Source: Capsulimonadales bacterium (lineage in GTDB: Bacteria; Armatimonadota; Armatimonadia; Armatimonadales; Armatimonadaceae). From it: DNA of 64,000 nucleotides. The notes under the pieces are model-generated. The model saw only the letters and a list, made by a program, of their open reading frames with translations, had not been told where the DNA came from and made no database searches. Within the stretch, counting starts at the first letter, position 1, and the number at the start of each line of letters is the position of its first letter. Shown piece after piece: positions 46,199 to 57,002 of the stretch. The translations under genes and the position numbers were made by a program. Where the stretch lies: NCBI GenBank assembly GCA_033762295.1, contig JANRLW010000071.1:8378-72377 (forward strand), read 5' to 3'.

Positions 46199-47994
46199 GC
46201 CGCTCCCTCCGACGTTTCGGAGCCAATGGCCGCGGATCGCCGTTGAGTCTCGAAGAGAGCGGCATAGACCCCGTTTCTTGCCATCAGTTCCGCGTGCGTT
46301 CCCATCTCGGCGATACAGCCTCCCCGCTTCAGCACCACGATCTTATCCGCGTTGACAATGGTCGAAAGGCGATGCGCGATGAGGAGGGTGGTCCGTCCTT
46401 TCATCAGCCTTTCCAGCGCCTCCTGCACCATGGCTTCGGTCGCCGCGTCCAGCGCGGACGTCGCTTCGTCGAGGATCAGGATTCGTGGGTCCGCCAGCAG
46501 TGCGCGGGCAATCGCGATCCGCTGACGCTGTCCGCCGGACACGGACGCGCCCCGTTCGGCGATTCGCGACGCGTATCCGTCCGGCAGACTTTCGATAAAG
46601 GGCGCGATATTGGCCGCACGCGCCGCTTCGGCGACCTCGGCGTCGGTCGCCTCCGGTCTGCCGTAGGCGATGTTGTCCCGTATGGTCCCGGAAAACAGCA
46701 GCGTGTCCTGCGGGACGATGCCGATCTGTCGTCGCAAGGAGGCGACGGTCACCGTGCGCAGGTCCACCCCGTCCACCCGTACCGCGCCACCGGTCGGATC
46801 GTAGAACCGGGGAACCAGATCGGCCAGCGTCGTCTTGCCCGCGCCGGTCTCCCCGACCAGCGCGACGACCTGCCCCGGTTCGATCGTCAGGTCGATCCCC
46901 GACAGGACGGGGATGCCGGGCACATAGGCGAACTCCACCCGGTCAAACTCGATACGTCCCTGAATCGTCGGCAGGTCCTTCGCACCCGGTGCGTCCCGGA
47001 TGTCCGGCGTCACATCCAGAATTTCGGAAAAGATGCGGTCGGCCGCGCCCATCATCTCCTCCCATCCCGCCTTCAGGTTTCCCATACCGTTCGCGGCGTT
47101 CGCCACTAAGCTGGCGATTCCGATGAACGCGATCAGGCTCCCTGAGTTCATCTGCTGGGCGACCACCTGCTGGCCGCCGAAGAAGAGGATGGCCGACACA
47201 CCCGCCGCGCCGATCACATCCACGATCGGTCCCAGTCGACCGGAACGACGCACGACTTTCAACTGGCTATTGACGGCCAGGTCGCTGACGGTTTCGAACC
47301 GTTTCAGTTCGCGATCCTCCGCGACGAAGGCTCGAACGATTCGGGGCGCGGAGATGGTCTCCTCCATCACCGCCGAAACGTCCGCCAGCCGTTCCTGGGT
47401 GGTCTGCGAAATACGGCGAAGCCGGCGTGTCAGCCGCTGAATGGCGACGGCGATGAAGGGCACGACCAGCAACGTGAAGAAGGTCATCTGCCAGGAGATG
47501 GAGATCATAAACCCCAGATAGATCACGAGCTGCAACGGCGTCGCGACAATCTCCTTCATCATCATCGCTGCGTTCTGCAGTTTGGCGACATCGTTGGTGA
47601 GGGCGGACATCAACGCGCCGGTCCGTCGCTGATGGAAGTAGGCCAGAGACAGGGTTTGCAGATGGGCGTAGATATCGCGTCGTATGCGTACTCCGACCCG
47701 CTGCGCTACGGTTGCAAGAAGCACGTTCTGGGCATATTTCAAAACGCCCATCACCGCGTACAACCCGACGACACCGACGCAGACCCAGGCCAGCGTTCCG
47801 ACATTCCCCCGGTTCAGGCTTTCGATGTAGACGCTGATTTGCTTCATGATCCATCCCTGAATCGACGCGACGGTCGTTCCGGCCACGAGGCCGCCGATCA
47901 GGGGGAAACGGTACTGTGCCAGATAGCCGAGGAGGCGGCGACGGATCTCCACGGGCGATAGGGAAGAACCGTTTCGGGGGGCGGGAGCAGACAT
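46195..47994 (-). CDS. msbA: ABC exporter, MsbA-like lipid A flippase
   Basis: TMD plus NBD (GETGAGKT, SGGQRQR, ILDEATS), directly after lpxB. Confidence 0.82.
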   Translation of the reverse strand: MSAPAPRNGSSLSPVEIRRRLLGYLAQYRFPLIGGLVAGTTVASIQGWIMKQISVYIESLNRGNVGTLAWVCVGVVGLYAVMGVLKYAQNVLLATVAQRVGVRIRRDIYAHLQTLSLAYFHQRRTGALMSALTNDVAKLQNAAMMMKEIVATPLQLVIYLGFMISISWQMTFFTLLVVPFIAVAIQRLTRRLRRISQTTQERLADVSAVMEETISAPRIVRAFVAEDRELKRFETVSDLAVNSQLKVVRRSGRLGPIVDVIGAAGVSAILFFGGQQVVAQQMNSGSLIAFIGIASLVANAANGMGNLKAGWEEMMGAADRIFSEILDVTPDIRDAPGAKDLPTIQGRIEFDRVEFAYVPGIPVLSGIDLTIEPGQVVALVGETGAGKTTLADLVPRFYDPTGGAVRVDGVDLRTVTVASLRRQIGIVPQDTLLFSGTIRDNIAYGRPEATDAEVAEAARAANIAPFIESLPDGYASRIAERGASVSGGQRQRIAIARALLADPRILILDEATSALDAATEAMVQEALERLMKGRTTLLIAHRLSTIVNADKIVVLKRGGCIAEMGTHAELMARNGVYAALFETQRRSAAIGSETSEGAA

Positions 47995-48016
47995 GGTCAG
48001 GCTATTCTACCGTCTC

Positions 48017-49384
48017 TCAGGTACGTCGGTTCCCGGCGTCCGCCAGTTCCAGAACCATTTCGGCCGTCCGGCCCGCGCCGCCGGGCGTGCCCAGAAGACG
48101 AACGACGTTCCGAAGGTCCTCGCGCATCCGCAAAATCCGATCGGGTTCGAGCAATAGCCCGATCACCTCCCCGGCAAGGTTTTCCGGTGTCGCGGCATCC
48201 TGTACCAGTTCCGGGCAGATGTTGCGGTCGGCCAGCAGGTTCGGCATTCCGATGAAGCGAGGAATCCCTTTCCTCACGAGCATATATTCGAGCCAGTTGC
48301 TGCTGGCAAGGCGGTAGGTGATGACCATCGGCTTGCCAAGGATCGCTCCCTCCAGAGTCACCGTCCCGGAGGTGACCAGAAGGACGTCGGAAACGCCCAT
48401 CACATCGTAGGTCGCATCCTCGACGATCGCGATGGGGACGTCGCTCGAGGGGGTTTCGGGAATATCGGCGGCGCGCGCCAGCCATTTCTTTCGTTGTTCC
48501 TCGAGTTCGGCGGGGGTCAGCGGCGCGCCACGCCCCTCAGCCATCACCGGCAGCGTGCCGACCGGCGGAATCTCCGCCTTGTTGTCGAAGGCCGCGGCGG
48601 CTTTTTGCCGTTCGGTCTCCGCCTGACGCTCCGCGCGTTCGCGCCGAATCGCCGCCTCGATGGCCTCGCGATCGACGGTCGGCGCCAGTCCGATCAGGAA
48701 CTGTACCGCCGGCACACGTTGATGGATGATGCTGGCCGCCGCCAGCTGCGCGGGCAGGATCGCTTCTATCTCCTGCAGGCGGCTTCCGGGGAAGATGCCG
48801 ACCACCGGCTTTTCGCGGTCCACCCCGTGCCGGGCGGCAAACGTTTCCGACGATTCCTGGGGGTGAACCAGGTCCAGCAGCGGATGACCGACGAACGTCG
48901 CCTCGATCCCGAGGCGGCGCAGTTCGGTTTCGCTCCACGGGAAGGGGGTCGCGACTCTATCCGCCAGGTGTTCCAGCGGGCTGCTTTTCAGAGTGCGTCG
49001 CCAGGAACCGGGCGGGAAATAGTAAAGAATCTTGGTGTCGGGCAGGTGTTTACGGACGAACGGGCAGACGCCCTGAAGGCCGGCGAAGCCGATATTGAAC
49101 CCGCCCGCATCGATCGGAATGACGACATCGGGGCGGCGTTTGAGCAGTTCCTTCCGGAGGAACCCCAGGGCGTTCAGAATGCGCGGAAATATCCGGACGG
49201 CGGCAGCCGCGCCGACGACGCCCCAGCGCGCGGAATCGATCGTCACTTCGACGCCGGCGGCGCGCAGGTATTTACCGCCCGTTCCCCAGAGTTCGACGTC
49301 CGGGTGGCGTTTCCGTATCTCCTGCGCCAGCTGGCCACCGACACGGTCGCCGGACGCTTCCCCGGTAATGATGGCGATATTCAT
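48017..49384 (-). CDS. lpxB: lipid-A-disaccharide synthase
   Basis: GEASGD, FVGHPL, PGSR.QE, SGTVTLE, GMPN, PELVQ. Confidence 0.95.
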   Translation of the reverse strand: MNIAIITGEASGDRVGGQLAQEIRKRHPDVELWGTGGKYLRAAGVEVTIDSARWGVVGAAAAVRIFPRILNALGFLRKELLKRRPDVVIPIDAGGFNIGFAGLQGVCPFVRKHLPDTKILYYFPPGSWRRTLKSSPLEHLADRVATPFPWSETELRRLGIEATFVGHPLLDLVHPQESSETFAARHGVDREKPVVGIFPGSRLQEIEAILPAQLAAASIIHQRVPAVQFLIGLAPTVDREAIEAAIRRERAERQAETERQKAAAAFDNKAEIPPVGTLPVMAEGRGAPLTPAELEEQRKKWLARAADIPETPSSDVPIAIVEDATYDVMGVSDVLLVTSGTVTLEGAILGKPMVITYRLASSNWLEYMLVRKGIPRFIGMPNLLADRNICPELVQDAATPENLAGEVIGLLLEPDRILRMREDLRNVVRLLGTPGGAGRTAEMVLELADAGNRRT

Positions 49385-49430
49385 GGTCCGTCGTCGTCCG
49401 TTACGTGGTTCCGGTTCGCTGCGCGGCGGA

Positions 49431-50228
49431 CTATTTGCGGCGCGGCCGATCGTTGGCGCGGCCGAACCCGCCTTCGCCCATCTGCTTGATAAATTCGGTC
49501 AGGTGGACGATTTCCGGGGTCGGTTCCACCTCCTCCTCGATCGCTTCGAGTGCCTGGGAGACATTCAGATTGGACCGGTAGAGAAGTTTATAGGCCTGTT
49601 TCAGCGCCGCGCGCGCCGCCGCCGGGACACCGGCCCGACGCACGCCCCGAACATTGAGGTCCAGAACGTCGGCCGGACGACCGTCCGCCAGCATAAACGG
49701 CGGCACATCGGTCACCACTTTCGAATACCCCCCCAGCATCGCCAGTTTCCCGACGCGGACGAATTGATGGATGCCTACCATCCCGCCGATCACCACGCTA
49801 TCCGCCAGGGTAATATGCCCCGAAAGCCCGGCATAGGACGAAATCATCGATCCGTTCCCGAGGACGCAGTTGTGGCCGACATGTACGTACGCCATGATCA
49901 GGTTGTCATTCCCGACCGTCGTCGCCTGTTCTTCGCCGGTCGCGCGGTGGATCGTTACATACTCACGAATCTGATTCCGATCACCGATCCGAACATAGGA
50001 ACGTTCGCCCTTGAACTTGTTATCCTGGGGAGGACCGCCCAGCACCGCTCCGGCGCGGATCAGGCATTCCTGACCGATCAGGGTATACTCTTCCAGAACG
50101 ACGTGCGGCCCGATCACCGTTCCCTCGCCGATCCGGCAGTTGGGACCGATAACCGTATAGGCGCCGATTTCCACATTCTCTTCCACGACCGTGGAAGGAT
50201 CGATGACGGCGGTCGGATGAATCTTCAA
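49431..50228 (-). CDS. lpxA: UDP-GlcNAc O-acyltransferase
   Basis: IHPTAVID, hexapeptide repeats, PQD, IREYVTIHR, HQF, DVPPF. TTG start inferred. Confidence 0.95.
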   Translation of the reverse strand: MKIHPTAVIDPSTVVEENVEIGAYTVIGPNCRIGEGTVIGPHVVLEEYTLIGQECLIRAGAVLGGPPQDNKFKGERSYVRIGDRNQIREYVTIHRATGEEQATTVGNDNLIMAYVHVGHNCVLGNGSMISSYAGLSGHITLADSVVIGGMVGIHQFVRVGKLAMLGGYSKVVTDVPPFMLADGRPADVLDLNVRGVRRAGVPAAARAALKQAYKLLYRSNLNVSQALEAIEEEVEPTPEIVHLTEFIKQMGEGGFGRANDRPRRK

Positions 50229-50244
50229 GATTTTGCCGTCCTTG

Positions 50245-51618
50245 CTAAATGATCGCATCTCCGTCGACGCTGTCGCGCGCGACCAGGGCGAACGCGATAT
50301 CCGCTTCGCACACCAGTTTCCCCGCCACATGCGCGGTCGCCTTGACCCAGCCCATTCCCGATCGTTCCTTCAACATGGTGATTTCCGCCCGGACGGTATC
50401 GCCGGGCAACACGGGTTTCCGAAAACGGGCTTTCTCGATTCCTGCCAGATAGGCGAGTTTCCCCTGATGCTCCTCGACCAGCAATTGCATCACGCCGCCG
50501 ACCTGCGCCAACATCTCGATAATCAGCACACCCGGCATGATCGGGTGTCCGGGGAAATGCCCGACGAAGAACGGTTCGTTCATCGTGACATTCTTCTCAG
50601 CGACAATGCGCTTCCCGGGTTCCACTTCAAGAATACGATCGACCAGGAGAAAAGGGTAACGGTGCGGCAATATGCGCAGAATGTCCTTCGCCTCCAGGGC
50701 GACGGGCCGCGGTTTGCCCGGTATTTCCTCGTTTTCCAACAGGCTTTCCTTATGGTTCGTACGGATTCGCTGCGCGGCAATCGCTCGCGCCGCTTCCACG
50801 TTTAATCGATGGCTGGGTTTCACTGCGATTATATCAGCAACCGGAAGAGATTGACCGTCACTTAGCAGCAAGTCGCCCAGGAGGTCCAGCAATTTGTGGC
50901 GAGCGAGTTCGTTATCAAACCGCAACGGAGCGGAATAACGATCGGGGTAGACGATCACCGCATTGTCGAGAGATCCGCCCCGGGCCAATCCCGCCGCCCG
51001 CAGCGCTTCGACCTCCTCGATGAACCCGAAGGTGCGCGCCGGCGCAATCTCGCGTTCGTAATCGTCATGATCCGGTTCGAATCGCGCGACCTGGGTTCCG
51101 ACCAGAGGGTGATCGAACGCGGCGGTGACGGTGATTTTCAGTCGATCGGACGGATAACAGGCAACGAAACTGCCGCCTTTCCCGGTGACCAGGACCGGTT
51201 CCCGAAGACGGAACGTCCCGACCGGCACGTCCGAATCGGTGTCACGGAACCCGACCCGCATCAGAGCCTCGGTCCAGATCGACGCGCTGCCGTCACCGAT
51301 GGGCAACTCCGGTCCGTCCGTCTCGATCCGCAGATCGGTGATGCCCAGTCCGGCGCAGGCCGAAAGCAGATGCTCGACCGTCGAGAGACGGAGTTCGTCC
51401 CGCCCCAGAACCGTGCAACGGGCCGTATCGACGACATTGTCGACGGTCGGCGGCAGTTCCGCTCCTTCACGAACGAGGAAAAAGCCGATCCCCGCCTCCG
51501 GCGAAGCCGGGCGCAAAACAACGGTCGCGGATGCGCCGGTGTGGATACCGACCCCCGCGACCGTCACCGGCCCGGCTATCGTGCGACGCGGCCGTCGTCC
51601 GCCGTCCGACGGCATCAT
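50245..51618 (-). CDS. lpxC-fabZ: fused LpxC deacetylase / FabZ dehydratase
   Basis: [26 protein letters not shown], then [27 protein letters not shown]. Confidence 0.95.
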   Translation of the reverse strand: MMPSDGGRRPRRTIAGPVTVAGVGIHTGASATVVLRPASPEAGIGFFLVREGAELPPTVDNVVDTARCTVLGRDELRLSTVEHLLSACAGLGITDLRIETDGPELPIGDGSASIWTEALMRVGFRDTDSDVPVGTFRLREPVLVTGKGGSFVACYPSDRLKITVTAAFDHPLVGTQVARFEPDHDDYEREIAPARTFGFIEEVEALRAAGLARGGSLDNAVIVYPDRYSAPLRFDNELARHKLLDLLGDLLLSDGQSLPVADIIAVKPSHRLNVEAARAIAAQRIRTNHKESLLENEEIPGKPRPVALEAKDILRILPHRYPFLLVDRILEVEPGKRIVAEKNVTMNEPFFVGHFPGHPIMPGVLIIEMLAQVGGVMQLLVEEHQGKLAYLAGIEKARFRKPVLPGDTVRAEITMLKERSGMGWVKATAHVAGKLVCEADIAFALVARDSVDGDAII

Positions 51619-51621
51619 CCG

Positions 51622-52701
51622 CTACTCCTCATCGACCGTGGTTTCCTCCGGCCCCGCATCGACCGTCTTTCCTTCCAGCCCCGCCAATCGGCGTTCCATA
51701 TCGCGCACTTTCCGCAGCAGGTCCGGGAGAAAGCTGAGCGCCGCATTCACCTTCAGCGTGTCCTTGTGCGCGCGCGGACCGTAACCGGAAACGAACGCGC
51801 CGGCCGGGACATCCCCCATCACTCCGGCCTGCGCGCCGATCACCACCCGGTCCCCGATCTTGACCTGTTCCTTAACCCCGGACTGCCCGGCAATAATCAC
51901 ATGGTTACCCACTTCGACGCCGCCGGCAAGGCCGACCTGCGCCACCAGGATACAATCCTCGCCGATCTGGCAGTTGTGCCCGATATGGACCATGTTGTCG
52001 ATCTTGGTGCCGTTTCCGACTCGCGTGGTGCCGGTTCGCGCCCGGTCGATCGTTACATTCGCACCGATCTCGACATCGTTCCCGACCTGGACGTTTCCGA
52101 TCTGCGGTATCTTGCGATGCTTGCCTTGCATCGTCAGGTAGCCGAAACCATCGGCGCCGAGAACGGTCCCGGAGTGGAGGATGCAGTTCGACCCGACGAT
52201 CGTCCCGCGCAGCAGGGTTACCTGCGGCCCGATCACGGTGTTGTCGCCGACCTCGACATCGTCTCCGAGATAGCATAGCGGATGGATGGTCACATTCTCA
52301 CCGAGCCGGACGTTCTCGCCGAGAACCGAATTCGCGCCGATGGAGACATTCGCGCCGTACCGAAAGTCCGATCCGTACACGACCGTGGGATCGATGCCGC
52401 GTCGGGCGTACTGCTCCGGGGCGAACAGATCGAGGAGCTGCGCGAAGGCGAGTCGGGGATTGGCGACCTGGATCATCACCTTTCCGCCGTTCACGGCGGC
52501 GTTCTCCGGGGCCAGAATTGCCGTTGCCATCGACTGTTCCGCATTATGCAGGAAACGCACGCTTTCGGCGAACGTAATGTCGCCGTTTCGCGCCTCCTCA
52601 ATGGATGCAATCCCCCGGATGACCGTTTCCGGGTCGCCCTGCACACGCCCTTTGACCACCTGGGCCAGTTCGGCGACCGTACGCTCCCTGCGCTCTTTCA
52701 C
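51622..52701 (-). CDS. lpxD: UDP-3-O-acylglucosamine N-acyltransferase
   Basis: NPRLAF, GADGFGY, KIPQIG, GTKIDN.VHIGHN. GTG start after GAGGAAGGA. Confidence 0.96.
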   Translation of the reverse strand: MKERRERTVAELAQVVKGRVQGDPETVIRGIASIEEARNGDITFAESVRFLHNAEQSMATAILAPENAAVNGGKVMIQVANPRLAFAQLLDLFAPEQYARRGIDPTVVYGSDFRYGANVSIGANSVLGENVRLGENVTIHPLCYLGDDVEVGDNTVIGPQVTLLRGTIVGSNCILHSGTVLGADGFGYLTMQGKHRKIPQIGNVQVGNDVEIGANVTIDRARTGTTRVGNGTKIDNMVHIGHNCQIGEDCILVAQVGLAGGVEVGNHVIIAGQSGVKEQVKIGDRVVIGAQAGVMGDVPAGAFVSGYGPRAHKDTLKVNAALSFLPDLLRKVRDMERRLAGLEGKTVDAGPEETTVDEE

Positions 52702-52882
52702 AACGATTTCCTTCCTCGACCCGCCGCTTCTTCCCCATCGTGCGCCCCGTACGAAAACGGCAGTCCTGACATCGGCAAGTTCTCTGGCGAATTGGAGGTT
52801 ACAGGAAGGAGAAGGTTTCCGCTGTTTTACGAATGCGCCGTTTTTTTGCGACTTCGTCCGGTGTTTCGTCACCGGTGTTTCG

Positions 52883-54241
52883 TCAAAGGGAAGGACGGCT
52901 TACGCCGGACGGCACCCCCGGGAGTTGCCCCGGTTTCATCTCGCTCAGGAACCGGTCGGTCACGTCGGTCCGTCCGATGATCTCCGCCGGCGGGTTACCG
53001 GGGGCGACCGTTCGGACGAGCACGATATCCGGATACCGGGTCGCCGCCATATCCAGCACTCGCCCGCGGACCGCGCGGAGGATGGTCGCTTCAAGGCGGC
53101 GGCGTTGATCCGCCAGACGGTCCGCCGCCGCCGTCGCGTTTTGTGCCAGGAGAGTGGCGGGCGTCGGTCCGCCCGCAGGGCCGGCGAAACGCAGTGTCTC
53201 GGCGCCCTGCCCTGACTCCTGCGCGGCGCGAACGGTCGCCCGGGTGTTGCTGCGTTCGAAGGCGATCGCTTCCGGAATGGCGCGTTCCTGCCGGATCAGT
53301 CGGTTCGGCAGATCCGTATCCGTCACGGACTCTCGCAGAAACTCTCGTATTGCCGCTTCCCGGATCGCCCGGTTCCGCTCGGACAGTTCCGCCAGCAGAC
53401 GATCCCCTTCCTGCCGAATCCGGTCCAGTTTTGCCGTCAACTCGAGCAAAAGGGCATCCTGCGTCTGATATTTCTTTTCCAGACGCGCCCGCATGCTGAC
53501 CCCGTACGCCTCCGGGTTTCGTTCCAGAAGAGCGATCTCCTCCTGAACGATCCGTTCGGCCTCCTCATCAAAGGCCGGGGTACGTGGCGTTCGACGATCG
53601 AGAACCACCAGAGGAACCGCCGGATTCCGCAACTGGCCGTTCAAAACCGCCAGGCGCGACCGTACGGTCGCCACGTCCGTTGAGACCGCTCCGCGAAGGC
53701 GCGCCACCGTTTCATCGATGATCTCCTGGCGTTGACTCTCCTCGCGCTGCAGGCTGGCGGCAATCAGTTCGGCCCGCTTTTCGGTTTCTCGTTGTTCGGC
53801 CAGGCGACGTTCCCGGTCCCGATATTCGGTCAGGAAGGCGTTCCGCTGATTTTCCGCGTTCCTCTGAAGCCGGTCGAAATGCGCCTCCTGTCGGGCGGCC
53901 AGCGACGAGAGGTAAGGGGTCGTGACCGGGCCTGCGGGTAGCGGGGGGAGAACGAACTCCGCAAGTCGGGGTTCGGCCGTTTCCGAACGCTCGTCCCGCA
54001 GACGCGCCTCCAGTTGACGAAGTCGCTCCACTTCCGCCTGGAGAGGGTGTGCGGCGACGAGCGGCGCAAGACGCACAAAAACCGGACGGGGTGCGACCGG
54101 CGGCTCCTTCGCCACCTGTCGACACCCCGTCAACGAAATCGCCCCGAAAATCGCCAGGAACGTCCGGCCGACCCGTCGGTCGGCCGGACGCGTTCCGGTC
54201 GATCCATTTGTTGATCTATTTGTTGATCTGTTTGATGACAT
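52883..54241 (-). CDS. long coiled-coil lipoprotein, possibly Skp/OmpH-related
   Basis: Lipobox LTGC, PVFVRL strand, about 330 aa of E/R/Q-rich helical sequence, C-terminal DVTDRFLSEM. Start uncertain. Confidence 0.65.
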   Translation of the reverse strand: MSSNRSTNRSTNGSTGTRPADRRVGRTFLAIFGAISLTGCRQVAKEPPVAPRPVFVRLAPLVAAHPLQAEVERLRQLEARLRDERSETAEPRLAEFVLPPLPAGPVTTPYLSSLAARQEAHFDRLQRNAENQRNAFLTEYRDRERRLAEQRETEKRAELIAASLQREESQRQEIIDETVARLRGAVSTDVATVRSRLAVLNGQLRNPAVPLVVLDRRTPRTPAFDEEAERIVQEEIALLERNPEAYGVSMRARLEKKYQTQDALLLELTAKLDRIRQEGDRLLAELSERNRAIREAAIREFLRESVTDTDLPNRLIRQERAIPEAIAFERSNTRATVRAAQESGQGAETLRFAGPAGGPTPATLLAQNATAAADRLADQRRRLEATILRAVRGRVLDMAATRYPDIVLVRTVAPGNPPAEIIGRTDVTDRFLSEMKPGQLPGVPSGVSRPSL

Positions 54242-54863
54242 CCTGTGTGATATCGTTCGCGGTCCATATCGCGACCTGGCTGTCGAATACGGCGGAAAGC
54301 CCCTTATCCTGTGCGATTTTTGCGATGACCGCCTTGATTTCGGAGACCGTCTTGTTGTTCAACTCGACCTGTCGGGCGTTGATACGTTTCGAAAAATCGT
54401 CGTTGATCGCTTTCATGACGGCGAGTCCCTTCTCTTCGGTTTCACGCAATTGTCCGAACTGCTGCTGCTGTTCGTCCGTCGGGTTCGCCGTGTTCTCCAG
54501 ATTCCGTTTCCGGGCGGCCTTCGCGTTTCCGCTGTCCTCCAGCGCGGTAATCCGTTTTTTGTCCGCGTCCGTCTTGTTGGCTTTTTCGTACAGGACGGCC
54601 AGTTCCTTGATTTCCGCCTCGGCCAGGAACCGGGCATTCACATTCTGCAGGGATTCGAGAACGCCGTTCAGACCGCTCGCCATCTGGGTCAGTTCGGCGA
54701 CATCCTTCTGACGCGCCTTGGATTCGTTCAGGACTTGCGCCACATCCACATGCCCGAACAGGGGGGCGCCATTCTTCTTCTCCTGCGCCCTCGCCGTGGA
54801 AACCAGTCCGAGCAACCCGACGACCACCGCAACAAAGGTTAACAAACTTCTATTGAGTCTCAA
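54216..54863 (-). CDS. skp: periplasmic chaperone Skp/OmpH
   Basis: Signal peptide, FGHVD, IAKIAQDKGLSAVFD...DITQDVIK. Follows bamA. Confidence 0.88.
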   Translation of the reverse strand: MRLNRSLLTFVAVVVGLLGLVSTARAQEKKNGAPLFGHVDVAQVLNESKARQKDVAELTQMASGLNGVLESLQNVNARFLAEAEIKELAVLYEKANKTDADKKRITALEDSGNAKAARKRNLENTANPTDEQQQQFGQLRETEEKGLAVMKAINDDFSKRINARQVELNNKTVSEIKAVIAKIAQDKGLSAVFDSQVAIWTANDITQDVIKQINK

Positions 54864-54970
54864 GATTTTCTCCTGCGCGATCCGAATGGAAAAGGGATTC
54901 CGGAAAACAAGCGACGAAACCGACCGACGCCGATGGCTAATTCCCCGTCGGCGGACAATCCCCCTCCTGC

Positions 54971-56881
54971 TTAAAACGCCTGTCCGATGGAGAAGTGCGT
55001 CCGGGTGGTCTCTCCCCGCCCCAGGTCGAGGCGCACCGGCCCGACCGGCGTCCGCAATCGAACCCCGAAACCGGCGCCGATACGGGGTCCGAAGCCGCTA
55101 TGCTGGCCGAATCCGGGGATGTTCTCCCGGTTGAGCGAACTGGCACCCCAGGCATCGCCGACATCGAGGAACGTCACCAGAGTCAGGCTCCCGCTTCGTC
55201 GATCCAGCGGAATGCGCAACTCCACCGAGGTCAGGAACAGGTTGTTTCCCCAGAAACGGTCGTCGGCGAAACCGCGCAGGTTATCCGCGCCGCCCATGAA
55301 GAACTGTTCGGCGAACGCCAGGTTTCCGCCCGACGTTCCGAGCAGCGTTCGAACCGCCAGTACGGTTTTCGGTTCGCGCAGGGTGACGCGCGGGGTTCGC
55401 GAGAGGTTGAAGTAACGACGGGAATCGACTACGAACTTGGTGAAGCCCCCCCGCTGGTTCCGTTCGTCGACGAGAACACGCGGAACGTCCGGGGTCTCCG
55501 TCGTACTGATAAAGGCCGGATTCAACCGGGGTTTCTGCGATGAGAACGCCGCCGAACCGACTTCGACCGAGGGAGACAGATAGAACCCGGCCGCCGGGTC
55601 CTGCTCGTTATCCCGCGTGTTCGTCAGATAACGCAACGTCACCGACGAGACATCGCCGTTCTGCACCAGAGCGCCGCGAATGTTATTGATCTCGTCGTTG
55701 GTCAACTGCGAATAATCCGGCTGCAGATTGTTTGCCCGGATCCCTTCCGTACGTAGCGTCGTGAAGGCGCGGGAAAACTCGCTGGTCGGACGAGACAGAG
55801 TGACCGATCCGCCCCGGCGTTCCTCGAAGTAGGGGTTGCTGTTCTGCCCGTTGGTCGCGTTGGAGGAGAGTACCCGGTTGAATCGGAAGTTGAACCGACT
55901 GTACAGATTGATCCCGATCGATGTGTTGTAGCGGTCCAGCCACGGTTCCGAGAACCCGAGTTCGAACTGGTTCCGGGCGACGGTTCCACCGACCGTCCAG
56001 GCCGCATTGACCGTCTGTCCCTTACCCTGAAAGTTCTGTTCCGCCACTTCGACGGTCCCCGTCAATCGCTGGGCGACCGAATAGCCGAATCCCACCTGAA
56101 TCTGCCCGGTCCTCTGCTCCTGTACCGGCACGATCAGTTTGACCTTGCCCTCCTCGGCCGGTTCCGTACGCGGGGTGCCGACATCCTGGAACAGGCCCGT
56201 ACCGAAGATTCGGGTCAGGTCGCGTTTCAGGGTGTTGATGTTCAGGGCGTCGCCGACCTTGGTGCGCATCTCGCGTGTGACGACGTAGCCCTTGGTTTTC
56301 TTCAGTCCCTCGATTTCGATGCTTTCCACCACCGTTTCGGTGACGGGAAACGTCAGGGTCCCGCTTCGGGGGTCGAAAACATCCTCGATTTCGGAAAGGA
56401 ACGCCTCATAACCGGCCTGACGATAAATCCGCTGGATCAGCTGGGCATCTTCACGGATCGTGTTCGTGTTAATGACCGTTCCTTCCCTGGAACTCAGCCG
56501 CTCCTTGATCCGATCCGCCGGGATTTTGGTATTGCCTTTGATGCGAATGTACTGAATAACGGGATTTTCGACGACTTCGGCGGTGATACTGGCCTTTTTA
56601 TCGGCGGTCAGATCGGCGCGGATGTAGATATCGCTATAGTAGCCTTCGGCGAGCACCCGTTGCCGCGCGTCGTTCACCATTTCCCGGCGGTAGATCGCCC
56701 CCGTCTTGATTCCCGCCGCCGCCAGGGCGTTCAGGATGATCGTTCGATTGGTCTTGACATTGCCTTTGACTTCGATCGAACCGATCGGTTGCCCGTCCTG
56801 CGCGGCGGCAGGCAGGGCGCAGACAATGGCTCCCAATCCGTTGAATACAGCGATCGCCGGAGCGACGAACCGACCAGTCAT
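54971..56881 (-). CDS. bamA: Omp85/BamA outer membrane protein assembly factor (3 POTRA domains)
   Basis: Three POTRA repeats, EQNFQGKGQ, FSEPW, GGADNLRGF, TPVGPVRLD, C-terminal GQAF. Confidence 0.95.
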   Translation of the reverse strand: MTGRFVAPAIAVFNGLGAIVCALPAAAQDGQPIGSIEVKGNVKTNRTIILNALAAAGIKTGAIYRREMVNDARQRVLAEGYYSDIYIRADLTADKKASITAEVVENPVIQYIRIKGNTKIPADRIKERLSSREGTVINTNTIREDAQLIQRIYRQAGYEAFLSEIEDVFDPRSGTLTFPVTETVVESIEIEGLKKTKGYVVTREMRTKVGDALNINTLKRDLTRIFGTGLFQDVGTPRTEPAEEGKVKLIVPVQEQRTGQIQVGFGYSVAQRLTGTVEVAEQNFQGKGQTVNAAWTVGGTVARNQFELGFSEPWLDRYNTSIGINLYSRFNFRFNRVLSSNATNGQNSNPYFEERRGGSVTLSRPTSEFSRAFTTLRTEGIRANNLQPDYSQLTNDEINNIRGALVQNGDVSSVTLRYLTNTRDNEQDPAAGFYLSPSVEVGSAAFSSQKPRLNPAFISTTETPDVPRVLVDERNQRGGFTKFVVDSRRYFNLSRTPRVTLREPKTVLAVRTLLGTSGGNLAFAEQFFMGGADNLRGFADDRFWGNNLFLTSVELRIPLDRRSGSLTLVTFLDVGDAWGASSLNRENIPGFGQHSGFGPRIGAGFGVRLRTPVGPVRLDLGRGETTRTHFSIGQAF

Positions 56882-57002
56882 TCTCTGTTGACTCCTGAGG
56901 AATCGGCTGACGTGCCTTTCCCTGATGCGTTTTTCATTTTGGAGAGTTTGTGCGAACCACCGTCCGGACATGCCGCCACCGAGGCGACACAGGGGGACGC
57001 CA

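Noticed and set aside
54200..54236. 12-nt TTTGTTGATC repeats around the skp stop
   Set aside because: Short local duplication at a gene overlap. It only makes the next start codon uncertain.
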